DNA of 64,000 nt from Candidatus Bathyarchaeota archaeon (GCA_963733055.1 CAVTBR010000002.1:320001-384000); one strand, 5' to 3'. Shown: positions 18,964 through 28,933, numbered from the stretch's first letter. A program made the numbers and translations. Notes: generated from the letters alone by a model not told the origin.

Positions 18964-21900
18964 CTTCAAGCGGCTCTCACGCAGGAACGAGTTTGGAAGG
19001 CAGGGCATGGTCTCGAATATCGCGATTGACCCCACGGACCCGGGAACAATTTACGTAGTCGAGACGCCGGGCTCAGGCGGGGCTTCGGCTTTTCGAACAA
19101 CGGACAATGGAAACTCTTGGGTGTGCATCACGGATACGCTTGAACAGACTTATCCCTCCGCTGGGCCACTCATCCCAACAAGCATCACGGTTAATCCATC
19201 AAACCGAGCAACGATTTACATGGGTGATAATTCGGGGAACTTCTATGTTTCAAACGATCAAGGGGATTCGTGGAGTGCGGGTACTAACGTGGGGTTTTTT
19301 GGCCTCTTCAAGCTGATTGTGGATCCACGGACGGCGAACGTTCCGGCGACAACGGTAATACTGGCAGCGAGCAACAGCGGCGTGTACTGCTCAGCTAACG
19401 GAGGCACCAGCTGGACTAACGTACTTCCGGGGGTTGCAACGTGTTTGGCCGCCTACATGCCTCCCAGCGGAACCGATCAATACTACGCAGGAGTGGCGAA
19501 TGATCAGGCGCCCGGGGGTACACCGGCGGGAGTTTATGGTGCAACAAATCCAACCGGCCCTTGGACCAATTTAAACAGCCAAGGTATTGGGTTGCCGGCC
19601 TGTGTCGCGGGGAATTTCGCGGAAGTTCTCGTTGATTACTGCCCACTCAATCCGAGTCGGGTTTACGTCTGGCTTGCAAATGCAGGTAAAACAGTCGGAA
19701 TATACACAACATCATCTCCCCTCACGTCGTGGACGCAGATCACGGGTGGGACGCCTCCGGACCCGGGGCAGGTCTTTTATTCCTATGTCTTTTCCGTCGC
19801 ACCGAATTCGCCCGGAGATGGCCTGAACGACATCCTGTTTTTCGCCGGGGTAAACCTGTACCGCTCAACCAACGCGGGACAAACGTGGCAAGCAGAAGCT
19901 CCTGCCATCTTTCATGATGATCAACACGCCTTCGCGTTTTTTCCTTCTATTCCACTGGCCGGAGTGATCCCAACTATGTACGTCGGCTGCGACGGCGGGA
20001 TCTCTATGAGCGATGGGGCGTGTGATCCCAATTTCGCTTTTGCAACTACGGCAACCTATTTCGACGAGTTGGACAACTACACAGACCTAGGCCTACGTCA
20101 AACCCTCAATCACGGAAAGCAAAGCAGTGCTGTATATCAGTATAACAGTGACTCCGGGGTCAGTGCGCTCGGTTACATCGGATGCCAAGACACAGGAGTC
20201 GCCGCCGGAGCAGGCGCTCTCGGCTGGCGGGGCATTATTGACCTAGATTTCTCTTCGATCGCCATCGCGCAGGGCTCGAATAGTGTGATCGTTTGGGCGT
20301 ACTCCTTCAGCTATGCTGAAACCATGATCTTTTTCGATAAGGGTGAATACGCGCCGAATTCGAAAGCCGTCACTCTCGGGGTCGGGGGCGCCGCCCCGGT
20401 TACCGGTATGAGCAACTTTGTTGCGGGACTGGATAAGAAATGCTTGGCGGGTCTTGAAGTTCAAGAAACGACAACCTTGAGCGCAGCCATTATAGCGACT
20501 GGCTTGCAAACGGCGACACCATCGGCCATGATCAACATTGTGGCCGGCATGCAAGTGGATATTGATAGTGGAACCAGCATAGAGTCGGTCAACGTGATTT
20601 CAACCACGGCGACCACATTCAACGCCAATTTTTCTAAGACACATTTCGCTGGTGTCGCTATCCAGTTTTGGTTGAACTTCGTTGGGCGAATCGACCAGAG
20701 CGGCGTCGCATCACAAATCAGTCAACAAATGGTGGATGAGGTGAACATCGTCGCTGCGCATCCCACGAACGCGGATATTCTATATTGCGGAACCTTGCTT
20801 CAACAGCGGTTGCTTTCAACCAACAGTGGCTCGACGGCTGACGCATCGACCGTCTGGACGGAGGCCACCGCGGGCAGACCGACTAACCTTAAAATTAGTT
20901 CGATCGCAATCGACGGCCTCGGAAACGTGTTCGTTCTGCTCCAGACCCCTGTGACCGTGGTCGGATCTCCGATAACGACGCCCCTGTTTCAAATCACCGG
21001 TGGAACCAACTGGGTTCCGCTAGGCTGCTCCAATCTCCCGACAGAATCTCAAAATTACGGAAAGCTGGTCGCCGATCCCGTGCAACCGAACACCCTCTAC
21101 GCGAGCTATGGGGGGCACGTGTACCAACTCACTTTGAACGCCGGAACCTGGAACTGGCAGGACATCAGCGACAATCTTCCCAGGCAGGTCATTCTGGATC
21201 TCTGGATAGGCAACATCGGTACTGGTGCTTCGCCTAAGGTTCTGCTGCGAGCGGCGATACCTACGCGCGGAGTTTGGGAGCGGGACGTCACCGCCGGAGC
21301 TACCCCGCCAGCAATCGCCCTATACGTGCGCGACAACACTCTCGACCAGGGCTGGCTTCCCCGCTCTCCCGAGGGTGTACCCGACCCCTATAATCCTGGA
21401 GACACAAAATCGATACTCTACCATTACATGTGCGCGGATATCAAGGTCGACGCCCAAGTGCCGGGAACCGCATCGGTAGCTCCATATTTCCAGACTGACC
21501 CGGAGAGTCCACCTCCGATCACGGGTGTCCTCTTCGATGAATTGAAGGACAACAGCCAGAACCTTCCCGGTTCCGACCAAGCCCTGATTCACGTTCAGGT
21601 ACACAACCGTAGCATCACACCCGCTAACAATGTTTCTGTTTGGGCTATCTACTGCAGTGCGGCGGCCGGTTTGCCAGCCCTGAACAAAAGCCCGTCGATG
21701 GGAAACGCCTTCAACTTCTGGAGCCAATTCACAGGCACAGGTCAAGTTGTTCCCAACCTGCCTGCCGACAGCCCTTGGCATTCGGTCGGATCACCTCAAA
21801 TACTCTCCGGGATAGCCGCCGCAGCACCGAAGGTCGCATCTTTGAACTGGACGATCCCCACGCTCGCGTCCGGCGATCCCGGACACTATTGCATCGCGGT

Positions 21901-22687
21901 CTTCATTCACCACGCTATCAGCCCTGTGAACGAGACTAGCATGGATGTTGATGATATCACGCCACGGAACCGGCAGGTAGGGCAGAAAAACCTCCAGATC
22001 GGCGCGCCGCTGCCGCCCGGCCCCAAACCCCTGAGTGGTCCGCCGCATCTAGGGCAGTTGGAGTTCGTCGAGTTTCACAATCCGAACGCCGCAGTGCGAG
22101 AGGCGAACCTCGTCATCGACTTGCGTGGACTACCGCCCCAACTTTCCACTTCCTTCGAACTAAGCCACATCGATTCGATGAGACCTTTGCCGCAATCGTT
22201 CACGGGAGTCGCTCGAACCCGTAAAGAGAATCCAGAGGACTTCATCGAAGGTGACGGGGAAGAGTGCCGTTGTTTTGAGAACCTTTCGCGGGAACTCGCC
22301 GGGGTAGAGAGGGTCCGCTGCGATTGCGAACAGCACGACAAGCTTCCACACCTGGAGCCGATTGTTTATGAGGCTGAACCCTCCGAGCGCGTAGAAATAA
22401 AGGGCATTCGTATTCCAGGATATGGATTCATCACCGCGGCGATCAACATTCGCAATACAGGACAACTCAAGGCAGGCATAAAATTCCAATTCCAGGTTCA
22501 GCAGATAGTGAAAGGCGCCGTGGTTGGCGGCAGTGTCTATGTGGTACGGACCGCCGGCACGCCCGAACTGAAGCCTCAAAAAGAATTGCAAGAGGAGGGC
22601 AGCCGATCTCGATTGGGATACATCCCACCCTGGGCGCAGCTGCATGTTGCGGAACGCCAGAAGCGTCTAGGGAAAAGCGAGAGGTAG
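18911..22687 (+). CDS. 1258-aa BNR/Asp-box beta-propeller protein with a C-terminal beta-sandwich region
   Basis: Asp boxes TTDNGNSW, SNDQGDSW, SANGGTSW, STNAGQTW; H.DQHA, GCDGGI, GCQD.G motifs; C-terminal LYVRDN.LD.G...GHYCI...QKNL. Confidence 0.85.
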   Translation: MSWFPIGPNLVFAPRDGNFKRLSRRNEFGRQGMVSNIAIDPTDPGTIYVVETPGSGGASAFRTTDNGNSWVCITDTLEQTYPSAGPLIPTSITVNPSNRATIYMGDNSGNFYVSNDQGDSWSAGTNVGFFGLFKLIVDPRTANVPATTVILAASNSGVYCSANGGTSWTNVLPGVATCLAAYMPPSGTDQYYAGVANDQAPGGTPAGVYGATNPTGPWTNLNSQGIGLPACVAGNFAEVLVDYCPLNPSRVYVWLANAGKTVGIYTTSSPLTSWTQITGGTPPDPGQVFYSYVFSVAPNSPGDGLNDILFFAGVNLYRSTNAGQTWQAEAPAIFHDDQHAFAFFPSIPLAGVIPTMYVGCDGGISMSDGACDPNFAFATTATYFDELDNYTDLGLRQTLNHGKQSSAVYQYNSDSGVSALGYIGCQDTGVAAGAGALGWRGIIDLDFSSIAIAQGSNSVIVWAYSFSYAETMIFFDKGEYAPNSKAVTLGVGGAAPVTGMSNFVAGLDKKCLAGLEVQETTTLSAAIIATGLQTATPSAMINIVAGMQVDIDSGTSIESVNVISTTATTFNANFSKTHFAGVAIQFWLNFVGRIDQSGVASQISQQMVDEVNIVAAHPTNADILYCGTLLQQRLLSTNSGSTADASTVWTEATAGRPTNLKISSIAIDGLGNVFVLLQTPVTVVGSPITTPLFQITGGTNWVPLGCSNLPTESQNYGKLVADPVQPNTLYASYGGHVYQLTLNAGTWNWQDISDNLPRQVILDLWIGNIGTGASPKVLLRAAIPTRGVWERDVTAGATPPAIALYVRDNTLDQGWLPRSPEGVPDPYNPGDTKSILYHYMCADIKVDAQVPGTASVAPYFQTDPESPPPITGVLFDELKDNSQNLPGSDQALIHVQVHNRSITPANNVSVWAIYCSAAAGLPALNKSPSMGNAFNFWSQFTGTGQVVPNLPADSPWHSVGSPQILSGIAAAAPKVASLNWTIPTLASGDPGHYCIAVFIHHAISPVNETSMDVDDITPRNRQVGQKNLQIGAPLPPGPKPLSGPPHLGQLEFVEFHNPNAAVREANLVIDLRGLPPQLSTSFELSHIDSMRPLPQSFTGVARTRKENPEDFIEGDGEECRCFENLSRELAGVERVRCDCEQHDKLPHLEPIVYEAEPSERVEIKGIRIPGYGFITAAINIRNTGQLKAGIKFQFQVQQIVKGAVVGGSVYVVRTAGTPELKPQKELQEEGSRSRLGYIPPWAQLHVAERQKRLGKSER

Positions 22688-22778
22688 GCTACAGCCGTGA
22701 AACTGAGCGACCAAAATGCTTACCATGCGATTTGGACTCCTCAGAATTCGACTTCGACATTAGAAGGGAAATAGGGGG

Positions 22779-23531
22779 ATGGGAGATTTTCTTCCCTTGG
22801 TTGACTTGCCTTTGAAATTGATTCAAGACTACATCACAAGAATCCAAGAAGCAAAGGACAGACGCAGGGATCAAGTAGTGATCACACTAACCAAATTATT
22901 GGAACTCATACAGATTCACTGCAATGCGATTGACGACGTAGTAGCGCCACTTTTGGAAGTGCGCGATTTAATGAGCACATGTCGCAATTACCGAAGACTC
23001 GCGTATAACGCCTATTTTCCAGTGACATACGGTCTTCTGAAAGGCCAGCTCGAACGAGCACGCGAAGGGAAGCAGTTCCGGAAAGAAGAAATGCACAAGC
23101 AACTTGACGGCGTCCTTTCCTGGACCGCAGGCTTTCAGTCGAAAGCCTTTCTATTGGAAATTGACAGTTATAATATGGCAACGAACTTCAGTTGGGTAGC
23201 TCGGCACTGGGTGTCCTTACCACCCGAACCGGAGTTGGCCTCTGCGTCTACCGAACCGAAAACAACAAGATCTAATTTTCAAGGATTAGATCTTCCCGAC
23301 CTTGGCACGGTATTGGCGTCTTTCAAACTCTCCTACCAAATATTTCAACCTGGAGCCGAGCTTACCAATATTGTGGCTGCATGCCAATCCCAATTGTCAC
23401 AGATTGTCTCCAAGTGGTGCGAAGGATGGCAATTTGCCGTTCACCAATACGTTACAGGAGGAGGAGGACTCCCATTCATCAAAGGGATAGCGAACACAAT
23501 CGGGAACCTATTGGTCAAAAGCTACGAATAG
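22779..23531 (+). CDS. Hypothetical helical protein
   Basis: 250-aa ATG ORF with a GGGGG RBS-like motif. Confidence 0.6.
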   Translation: MGDFLPLVDLPLKLIQDYITRIQEAKDRRRDQVVITLTKLLELIQIHCNAIDDVVAPLLEVRDLMSTCRNYRRLAYNAYFPVTYGLLKGQLERAREGKQFRKEEMHKQLDGVLSWTAGFQSKAFLLEIDSYNMATNFSWVARHWVSLPPEPELASASTEPKTTRSNFQGLDLPDLGTVLASFKLSYQIFQPGAELTNIVAACQSQLSQIVSKWCEGWQFAVHQYVTGGGGLPFIKGIANTIGNLLVKSYE

Positions 23532-23597
23532 AAACAAAAGGAACAGCAATAAGCTCCAATATGCTTTGGTCAATCTGCCCAAGATCGAAGGGGCTCT

Positions 23598-23759
23598 TCA
23601 CACTTTTAGTTCTCCTCTCCGTATGATTATGTTGCCTCTTTCGTCTTCTAGATAGGCGAGGGTGTCACCTACGGCAATCTTGAGTTTCTTCCGAACGACA
23701 TCCGTCAGGGTCACTCTGCAGTGGTCTTGCACTTTGCAGTCGTCAATGATCCTGTTCGT
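23598..23759 (-). pseudogene. AbrB/SpoVT-like paralogue 1, lacks a canonical start codon
   Basis: NRIIDDCKVQDHCRVTLTDVVRKKLKIAVGDTLAYLEDERGNIIIRRGELKV; ACG where the paralogues have ATG. Confidence 0.65.
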
Positions 23760-23826
23760 GGTAGCGTTCAGGTCGAAAATGGAAAAGCAAGGGCCGCGCT
23801 CGTCGGAGTATTGGTGGAGAACACGA

Positions 23827-24098
23827 TGAGCCGGGCCGCAAGAGCCAGCTACGAAGTATCGGGGACAAAATATGACACGACGAGAAAAGGCAAACGGCTC
23901 ATTCTCAAAGAAACCGGACACGACTCCACAACCTGCCCGCTGTGCGAAAGCCGCAACGACATCGCCGGGGAATGCAAGCAGCAGCCGCGAACTAATCTAG
24001 AACGCCATCTGCTGACGCATTTCAATGCGAAAGAGCACGTTATTGCCGGGCAAGCGCCGGAGACCACGACCTACAAACAGACTAGGGGTGAAGGATGA
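23827..24098 (+). CDS. Small C2H2-like Zn-finger protein (start approximate)
   Basis: CPLC...LERHLLTHF. Confidence 0.5.
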
Positions 24099-24480
24099 GA
24101 TACGATGCGACAACACCTAGGATGAAGAACAGAGTATTCAGAAAGAACGTAAGCCAGAACGACCGTTCGTCGTGCACGGCTAGTCTGATGAGTTCGAACA
24201 ACGCCTGCTTCTGCTCTTTGCTAAACGGAGGGAGTTTTCCCTCGAGCTTTTCGGTTTTCCTCATCTTCTTGAAAGCCATTTTGCTGTGTTTTTCTTCGTG
24301 TCGGGAGATCAGGTATGCGGTTCCGATGTTGAGAACTAGCATGACGATCGTAGCGCCGATGATTTCAAGTAACATGAGTATTCCTTTCAGAATTAATGCT
24401 ACCGCGCAGACGAACACTGCTACGACGGACACGACGGCCAGGAGCTTCCTCTGGTTTTCCTTGAACTCGCGTCCGCTCAT
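24082..24480 (-). CDS. Small membrane protein (3 TM)
   Basis: Hydrophobic termini; GGAGG RBS; directly downstream of AbrB paralogue 2. Confidence 0.65.
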   Translation of the reverse strand: MSGREFKENQRKLLAVVSVVAVFVCAVALILKGILMLLEIIGATIVMLVLNIGTAYLISRHEEKHSKMAFKKMRKTEKLEGKLPPFSKEQKQALFELIRLAVHDERSFWLTFFLNTLFFILGVVASYLILHP

Positions 24481-24501
24481 TTCGAGTTCTCGCCTCCAGT
24501 A

Positions 24502-24663
24502 TCACACTTTGAGCTCGGCTTTCTTGATCATGATGTTGCCCCGCTCATCCTCCACATAAGCCAAGGTGTCACCAACAGCTATCTTCAGTCTCTTCCTGAC
24601 GGCATCGGTCAAGGTGACCCTGTAGTGGTCTTGAACTATGCTCGTATCCAGTATCTTCGTCAT
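24502..24663 (-). CDS. AbrB/SpoVT-like DNA-binding protein, paralogue 2 (53 aa)
   Basis: Below the ORF-track cutoff; MTKILDTSIVQDHYRVTLTDAVRKRLKIAVGDTLAYVEDERGNIMIKKAELKV. Confidence 0.85.
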   Translation of the reverse strand: MTKILDTSIVQDHYRVTLTDAVRKRLKIAVGDTLAYVEDERGNIMIKKAELKV

Positions 24664-24689
24664 GCCGTGGTGAAGTGGGATTAACCCAG

Positions 24690-24730
24690 ATAGGGCTGTG
24701 CGGGAAAATGGGAAAATGGGAAAGCCCTAT
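24690..24730. promoter_or_regulatory. Putative operator: GGGAAAAT x2 + GGGAAAG, enclosed by the inverted repeat ATAGGGCT/AGCCCTAT
   Basis: Seen directly, upstream of AbrB paralogue 2; function inferred. Confidence 0.55.
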
Positions 24731-24796
24731 TAGTTTTCAGATACTATAAGACCCTGACTGGAATTGGGCAAAATCGCCTTCCCGCCCCGCCGCCTG

Positions 24797-24961
24797 TCAC
24801 ACCTTGACGTCCGGCTTCCTGACAAGCACGTTTCCCTTGTCGTCGAGGACCCACGCGATCAGGTCGTTCTCCTTGACTTTCAGTATCTTCCGAACGTTTT
24901 CGGTCATCGTTATGCGGTAAGATGACTGCACTTGGGTGTAGTCAAGTATCCTATTTGCCAT
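24797..24961 (-). CDS. AbrB/SpoVT-like DNA-binding protein, paralogue 3 (54 aa)
   Basis: MANRILDYTQVQSSYRITMTENVRKILKVKENDLIAWVLDDKGNVLVRKPDVKV. Confidence 0.85.
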   Translation of the reverse strand: MANRILDYTQVQSSYRITMTENVRKILKVKENDLIAWVLDDKGNVLVRKPDVKV

Positions 24962-24991
24962 GCCCGCCACCAGCCCCGTCTATCCGGACCA

Positions 24992-25031
24992 TTATATAAC
25001 GGTGTTCCGGTGTTCCGGCGTTACAGCGTTA
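24992..25031 (-). promoter_or_regulatory. TATA box (TTATATAA) abutting four 8-bp periodic repeats (+ strand CGGTGTTC, CGGTGTTC, CGGCGTTA, CAGCGTTA)
   Basis: About 30 bp upstream of the AbrB paralogue 3 ATG. Confidence 0.6.
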
Positions 25032-25182
25032 CGGCTGGGTTTATACGCAACTGGCTAGGGCCCGTGGGCCCGCGAAGTGTTTCGGATGAGTAGAATTATC
25101 GTCGTGGTCTTGGTTCCGAGAACGGACTTGGAGGTTTCGGACGAGGCTCTGGAGGTGCTGGTGCGCGAGCGGCTCAGCGGAT

Positions 25183-26892
25183 TTGCGCCGGAGTTGGAGG
25201 TCGAGCACATTGCAATCGTCGAATAGATCGAGCCTCGTGGCGGTCCTGTTCCTCGCCCTAACGCTTGCCCTGCTCTTGATGGAGATCGGGACGCTCCCGG
25301 CGGCGGGGCAGACGACGCAAATAGTGGACGTCACCATCGACAGCGCTCCCGAGCACGGGCCGGGCAACTACTTCGTTTTCGTGGACAACGTCTTCATTCC
25401 GACGCCATCCATTTACAGCTGGCACGTGGGCGAAACCCATCTGCTGACCGCCGCCATAGAGACCCGCGCTGACGTGGACTGCTCGGTCCACCAATGCGAT
25501 TATTGGTTCACGAGTTGGAGCGACAACGGCTTTCGCAATCACACCATCACCGTTACCCCCACGACGACGTCCTACACGGCGTTCTTCGTCAAGCGGGACT
25601 ACGTCTATGTGTCGGGGTCGCCGGCAGAACTCAGCGACATACAGGTCGACGGAGCGCCGCTCGCCAACAATCCACAATTTTTTGGCTGGATGCCCGGCAG
25701 CACCCACGACCTGACGGCGCTCAACACGCGAGGGCTCTTCGTTAACTGGTCGTCGCCGAGTCTTAACTCGGTCTATATGAACCGCATCACATACACCGCG
25801 CCAAGCGACGGTGAGAACGTCACCGCCTACTTTGTGGCGGGCAACACCACCACGACGCAGACGACCACGGTCACCACGCCGCCGCCGAACACGGAGGAAA
25901 TAACGGTGACGACGAACCCGTCGAGCCAGGGCATCATCTCGGTGGACGGCACCACCATCGACACTCCGCAGATATATGATTGGCAAATCGGATCGAGCCA
26001 CTACCTGGTCGCGCCGCAGATCGCGCCCGGAATGAACTGCGACGGCTGCCAGTATGATTTCCTTTATTGGTACGCATCGAGCTCGCGGGAACACGACTCC
26101 AACCTATTCTTGTATACGGTGCCGAACTGGTCTGAGACCGTAACCGCCTTCTATCAGCTTCAGACCTCGACCACGAGCGCGTCCACAACGACGACGGTCA
26201 CTGTTTCTTCGACCGCGAGCTCGCAGACCGCCAGTCCCGACTTCGCCCTTTCCGCTTCGCCCTCGTCGGTCTCGCTGCCTCCGAACAACTACCTCGGCTC
26301 TGTCGGTTTCACTCTGGCACTTTCGAGCGTTTCGGGATGGACCGGCCCTGTCCAGTTAACGGCATCGGCCTTGCCGGCGGGAGTGACGCTCTCCAATCTT
26401 CCGCTGTCGTATCAGCTGGGCGCGGGCGGGGCGGCGTCATGGACCATTTTCGTCAACATTTCGCCCTCGGCCCCGGCGGGCACCTACCAGCTCGTCATCA
26501 CGGGCCTGAGCGGCTCTCTGGTCCACTCCGCCGCGGTGACGATAACCGTGTCAAGCCCCAGCACCGCTGTGCCCGAGTTTCCGCAGTCCACATTAGGAGT
26601 TTTGGCGGTTTGCCTCGCCTTCGTGCCACTTCTCATTAGGCGCAGCTTCCGCCGCGCTCCCTGTCTGCGGCGCAACCCTTCCGTGATATGCGCGGTCCGC
26701 CTCCGTCGAGGTCATGCAAAGAGAGCGTTGCCCGCGCTGCGGATCGCTGCTTTACTTCGGAACAAGGATGCAGATCCCAAAGCCCGGTGGAGGCTTCAAG
26801 ACGAGTGTGTTCAAACAGTGCGAATGCTGCCACTTGACGACCGACGAGGTTTTCGACGACGGGAGAGTCGTGTTCACTTGACCTTTGCCTAA
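25183..26892 (+). CDS. Cell-surface protein with three beta-repeats, T/S-rich linkers and a PEF-CTERM-like sorting signal
   Basis: Signal/anchor; repeated V-D-[GN]...W..G..H.L.A...F..W...T...TA[FY][FY]; VPEFP + TM + RRSFRR. Confidence 0.8.
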   Translation: MRRSWRSSTLQSSNRSSLVAVLFLALTLALLLMEIGTLPAAGQTTQIVDVTIDSAPEHGPGNYFVFVDNVFIPTPSIYSWHVGETHLLTAAIETRADVDCSVHQCDYWFTSWSDNGFRNHTITVTPTTTSYTAFFVKRDYVYVSGSPAELSDIQVDGAPLANNPQFFGWMPGSTHDLTALNTRGLFVNWSSPSLNSVYMNRITYTAPSDGENVTAYFVAGNTTTTQTTTVTTPPPNTEEITVTTNPSSQGIISVDGTTIDTPQIYDWQIGSSHYLVAPQIAPGMNCDGCQYDFLYWYASSSREHDSNLFLYTVPNWSETVTAFYQLQTSTTSASTTTTVTVSSTASSQTASPDFALSASPSSVSLPPNNYLGSVGFTLALSSVSGWTGPVQLTASALPAGVTLSNLPLSYQLGAGGAASWTIFVNISPSAPAGTYQLVITGLSGSLVHSAAVTITVSSPSTAVPEFPQSTLGVLAVCLAFVPLLIRRSFRRAPCLRRNPSVICAVRLRRGHAKRALPALRIAALLRNKDADPKARWRLQDECVQTVRMLPLDDRRGFRRRESRVHLTFA

Positions 26893-26940
26893 TTCTCTGG
26901 GCCAGAGTGAGGCTGTCCGATCTGCCTATCGTCAATCGTG

Positions 26941-27780
26941 CTACAACCATTTTGCGAGATCGTGAATTTTGAAGTAGTCACGAATGTAATTCTCTTTTCT
27001 CCACTTCTCCAAGTTCCTTGCAATGCCGGGAAGGACTTCTTGGGCCTTGGTCTGCCATACGAAGAGCATCAGGTAATAGATGGGGACTTTGTGCGCAATT
27101 TCCTCCACTATGGTGTAGAGAACGTTTCGATAACCGAATGCGGTAACGCGCTTCATGTAGAACTCGGCGAGGTCGCCACTGGGCCACAAACTTCTCCATT
27201 CTTCGGTTCCAAAAAACCTGTCGTTTTGTGCGAGCGCGGTCTGACCTCTTGGCGCATTCGGGTCATCAAGCCATCCGGCGTTTCTCTTGATTCTTCCGAT
27301 CGGGAAGTTCACTAGAAGCTCGGGCACTCTTACCTGGCCGCTCGTCTGGTATCGGTAACTGTGTTGGGCTATGGCTTGGACTGTTTCCCAGTATAGTTCT
27401 CCCGGGTGAGTTGGATCGATAAATCCGAGGCTGTGGAAATGAGGCGGTATCTCCGGCAGGATTTCCGAAATTTTGGCGTTAGAATCGCCCGCGATGAATG
27501 TCACGTGTCCGCATGGGTTGATGTTTGATTTGACGTTACTTTCAAGCTCGGCAAGACGCTCCTTCTCGACCAGCACGCACCTGAAATGGGCGGGGCTGCT
27601 GGCGGCTATTAGAGCAGAACCAAACTGCTTCGAGCCGTCCGGAAACTCGGCGAGTCCGTCACCCGCATGGGTTTCAAAGTAGGTAAACCTGTCCGGCGCC
27701 TTCAGGTGCACCTTGCTGCAAATGGTCAGCCAATACCTGAGCATGTGCAGCTTGATCTTAGTGTGGTGTGCGAAGATCAA
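26941..27780 (-). CDS. tcmP: Three-Cys-motif partner protein (TcmP), methyltransferase-like fold
   Basis: HT.IKL..L.Y, YFETHAGDG, GSALIA, GDSN, FIDP, W.TV..IA, ELLVNFP, FFGTEEW, PIYYL. Confidence 0.82.
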   Translation of the reverse strand: MIFAHHTKIKLHMLRYWLTICSKVHLKAPDRFTYFETHAGDGLAEFPDGSKQFGSALIAASSPAHFRCVLVEKERLAELESNVKSNINPCGHVTFIAGDSNAKISEILPEIPPHFHSLGFIDPTHPGELYWETVQAIAQHSYRYQTSGQVRVPELLVNFPIGRIKRNAGWLDDPNAPRGQTALAQNDRFFGTEEWRSLWPSGDLAEFYMKRVTAFGYRNVLYTIVEEIAHKVPIYYLMLFVWQTKAQEVLPGIARNLEKWRKENYIRDYFKIHDLAKWL

Positions 27781-28552
27781 TCATTCCGCCCACCGGTACA
27801 TATGTTCCGTCGAGCAATGGCGGCCGTTGAGGCTCCAGTCGTCTCGGAAACTCGTTCCATTCTCTTCCGTCCAGACGCCGTCCGCCGGACTTCGGTTTTG
27901 TTCCACCCCATTGTTTGAAGAAGAAGGAGACTCCCGCCGCCAGGCACTGGTCACGAACTTCTCTGGCCCACTGAACATTCAACGGCCTGTGATTCCGCCC
28001 AGATTCTCCCCCGACAATTACCCAGTGAACTCCGCGGAGATTGAGAACCCCAACGGGACCTATCAAAGGCTCAATGCTGAGGAATCTCACCCTCGCCGGG
28101 GTCTGCCTCAAATGGTCTATACGAAACTTGAACCTGGAATCTTCGACACTCACGCCCAACCACGCATTGTCCGGAAAGCCCCCGATTCTCTCGCCGTAGC
28201 GCTTCATGATCCATGAGCGTTTGGTCAAGATCTGGTACGTATGCTGGGGGGTCTTTCTGATGGTCTCGACCGCTCTATCCCTGACTTGGTCGGGAATCTT
28301 CTCGTGGAAAAAGTCGCTCATAGAGCAGGTGAATATCATTCTGTGGTCACGCCATTTCAATGGCAGACTAAGCAAATCCTCGTGGACCGTCACCACATCC
28401 GGCGTGGCAGGGTACCTTCTGTTCTTCATCCGGTGGAGACGTGGATACAGCCGATACATGTAGCAATTCGCGCACCCCGGAGAGATTTTCGTGCATCCGG
28501 TCGCCCAATTCCACGTTGCGTCAGTCCATTCGATCGACGACTTGTCCGCCAT
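27758..28552 (-). CDS. DUF5131 / phage Gp37Gp68 family protein (radical-SAM-like three-Cys motif)
   Basis: SSIEWTDATWN..TGCTKISPGCANCY, CSMSDFFH, QILTKR, FLSIEPL, WVIVGGESG, FFFKQWGG. Confidence 0.95.
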   Translation of the reverse strand: MADKSSIEWTDATWNWATGCTKISPGCANCYMYRLYPRLHRMKNRRYPATPDVVTVHEDLLSLPLKWRDHRMIFTCSMSDFFHEKIPDQVRDRAVETIRKTPQHTYQILTKRSWIMKRYGERIGGFPDNAWLGVSVEDSRFKFRIDHLRQTPARVRFLSIEPLIGPVGVLNLRGVHWVIVGGESGRNHRPLNVQWAREVRDQCLAAGVSFFFKQWGGTKPKSGGRRLDGREWNEFPRRLEPQRPPLLDGTYVPVGGMIDLRTPH

Positions 28553-28553
28553 G

Positions 28554-28874
28554 CTAGCTCCCTCCTAGCTCGTTGGAACCTTCGAGGTGGTTTTCACGGT
28601 TTGCAAGCTCCAAGAGAATGTCGGCGTGACATGGCTGGTCCATGTTGCAGAAACATGCTAAGTTCTTTCCGCGCAACGGTGCCAAAAACCCTGGCCGTTT
28701 GACGATTTCTTGCACAAGCCATGCCTTGTATTTGACGAGCACTTCGCCCTGGTCCCCGTGAACTCCGATCTTGAAAGGGTTCCCCCACTGCGTAGGGCGA
28801 CCGACGTAAATCGTGTTGCGTGGCATCCGCCACCCTCTAGTTCGCTTGCGTTGGACGCGATGCAAGAGCGTCAT
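28554..28874 (-). CDS. DUF4326 domain protein
   Basis: Own ATG at 28874; IYVGRPTQWGNPF...LRGKNLACFC...CHADILLELAN. Confidence 0.9.
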   Translation of the reverse strand: MTLLHRVQRKRTRGWRMPRNTIYVGRPTQWGNPFKIGVHGDQGEVLVKYKAWLVQEIVKRPGFLAPLRGKNLACFCNMDQPCHADILLELANRENHLEGSNELGGS

Positions 28875-28933
28875 TTCGTTGCGCTCACTTAGCGCAGCTG
28901 CGACGAATGTGGCGGAATTAAATGTTGGGACAG

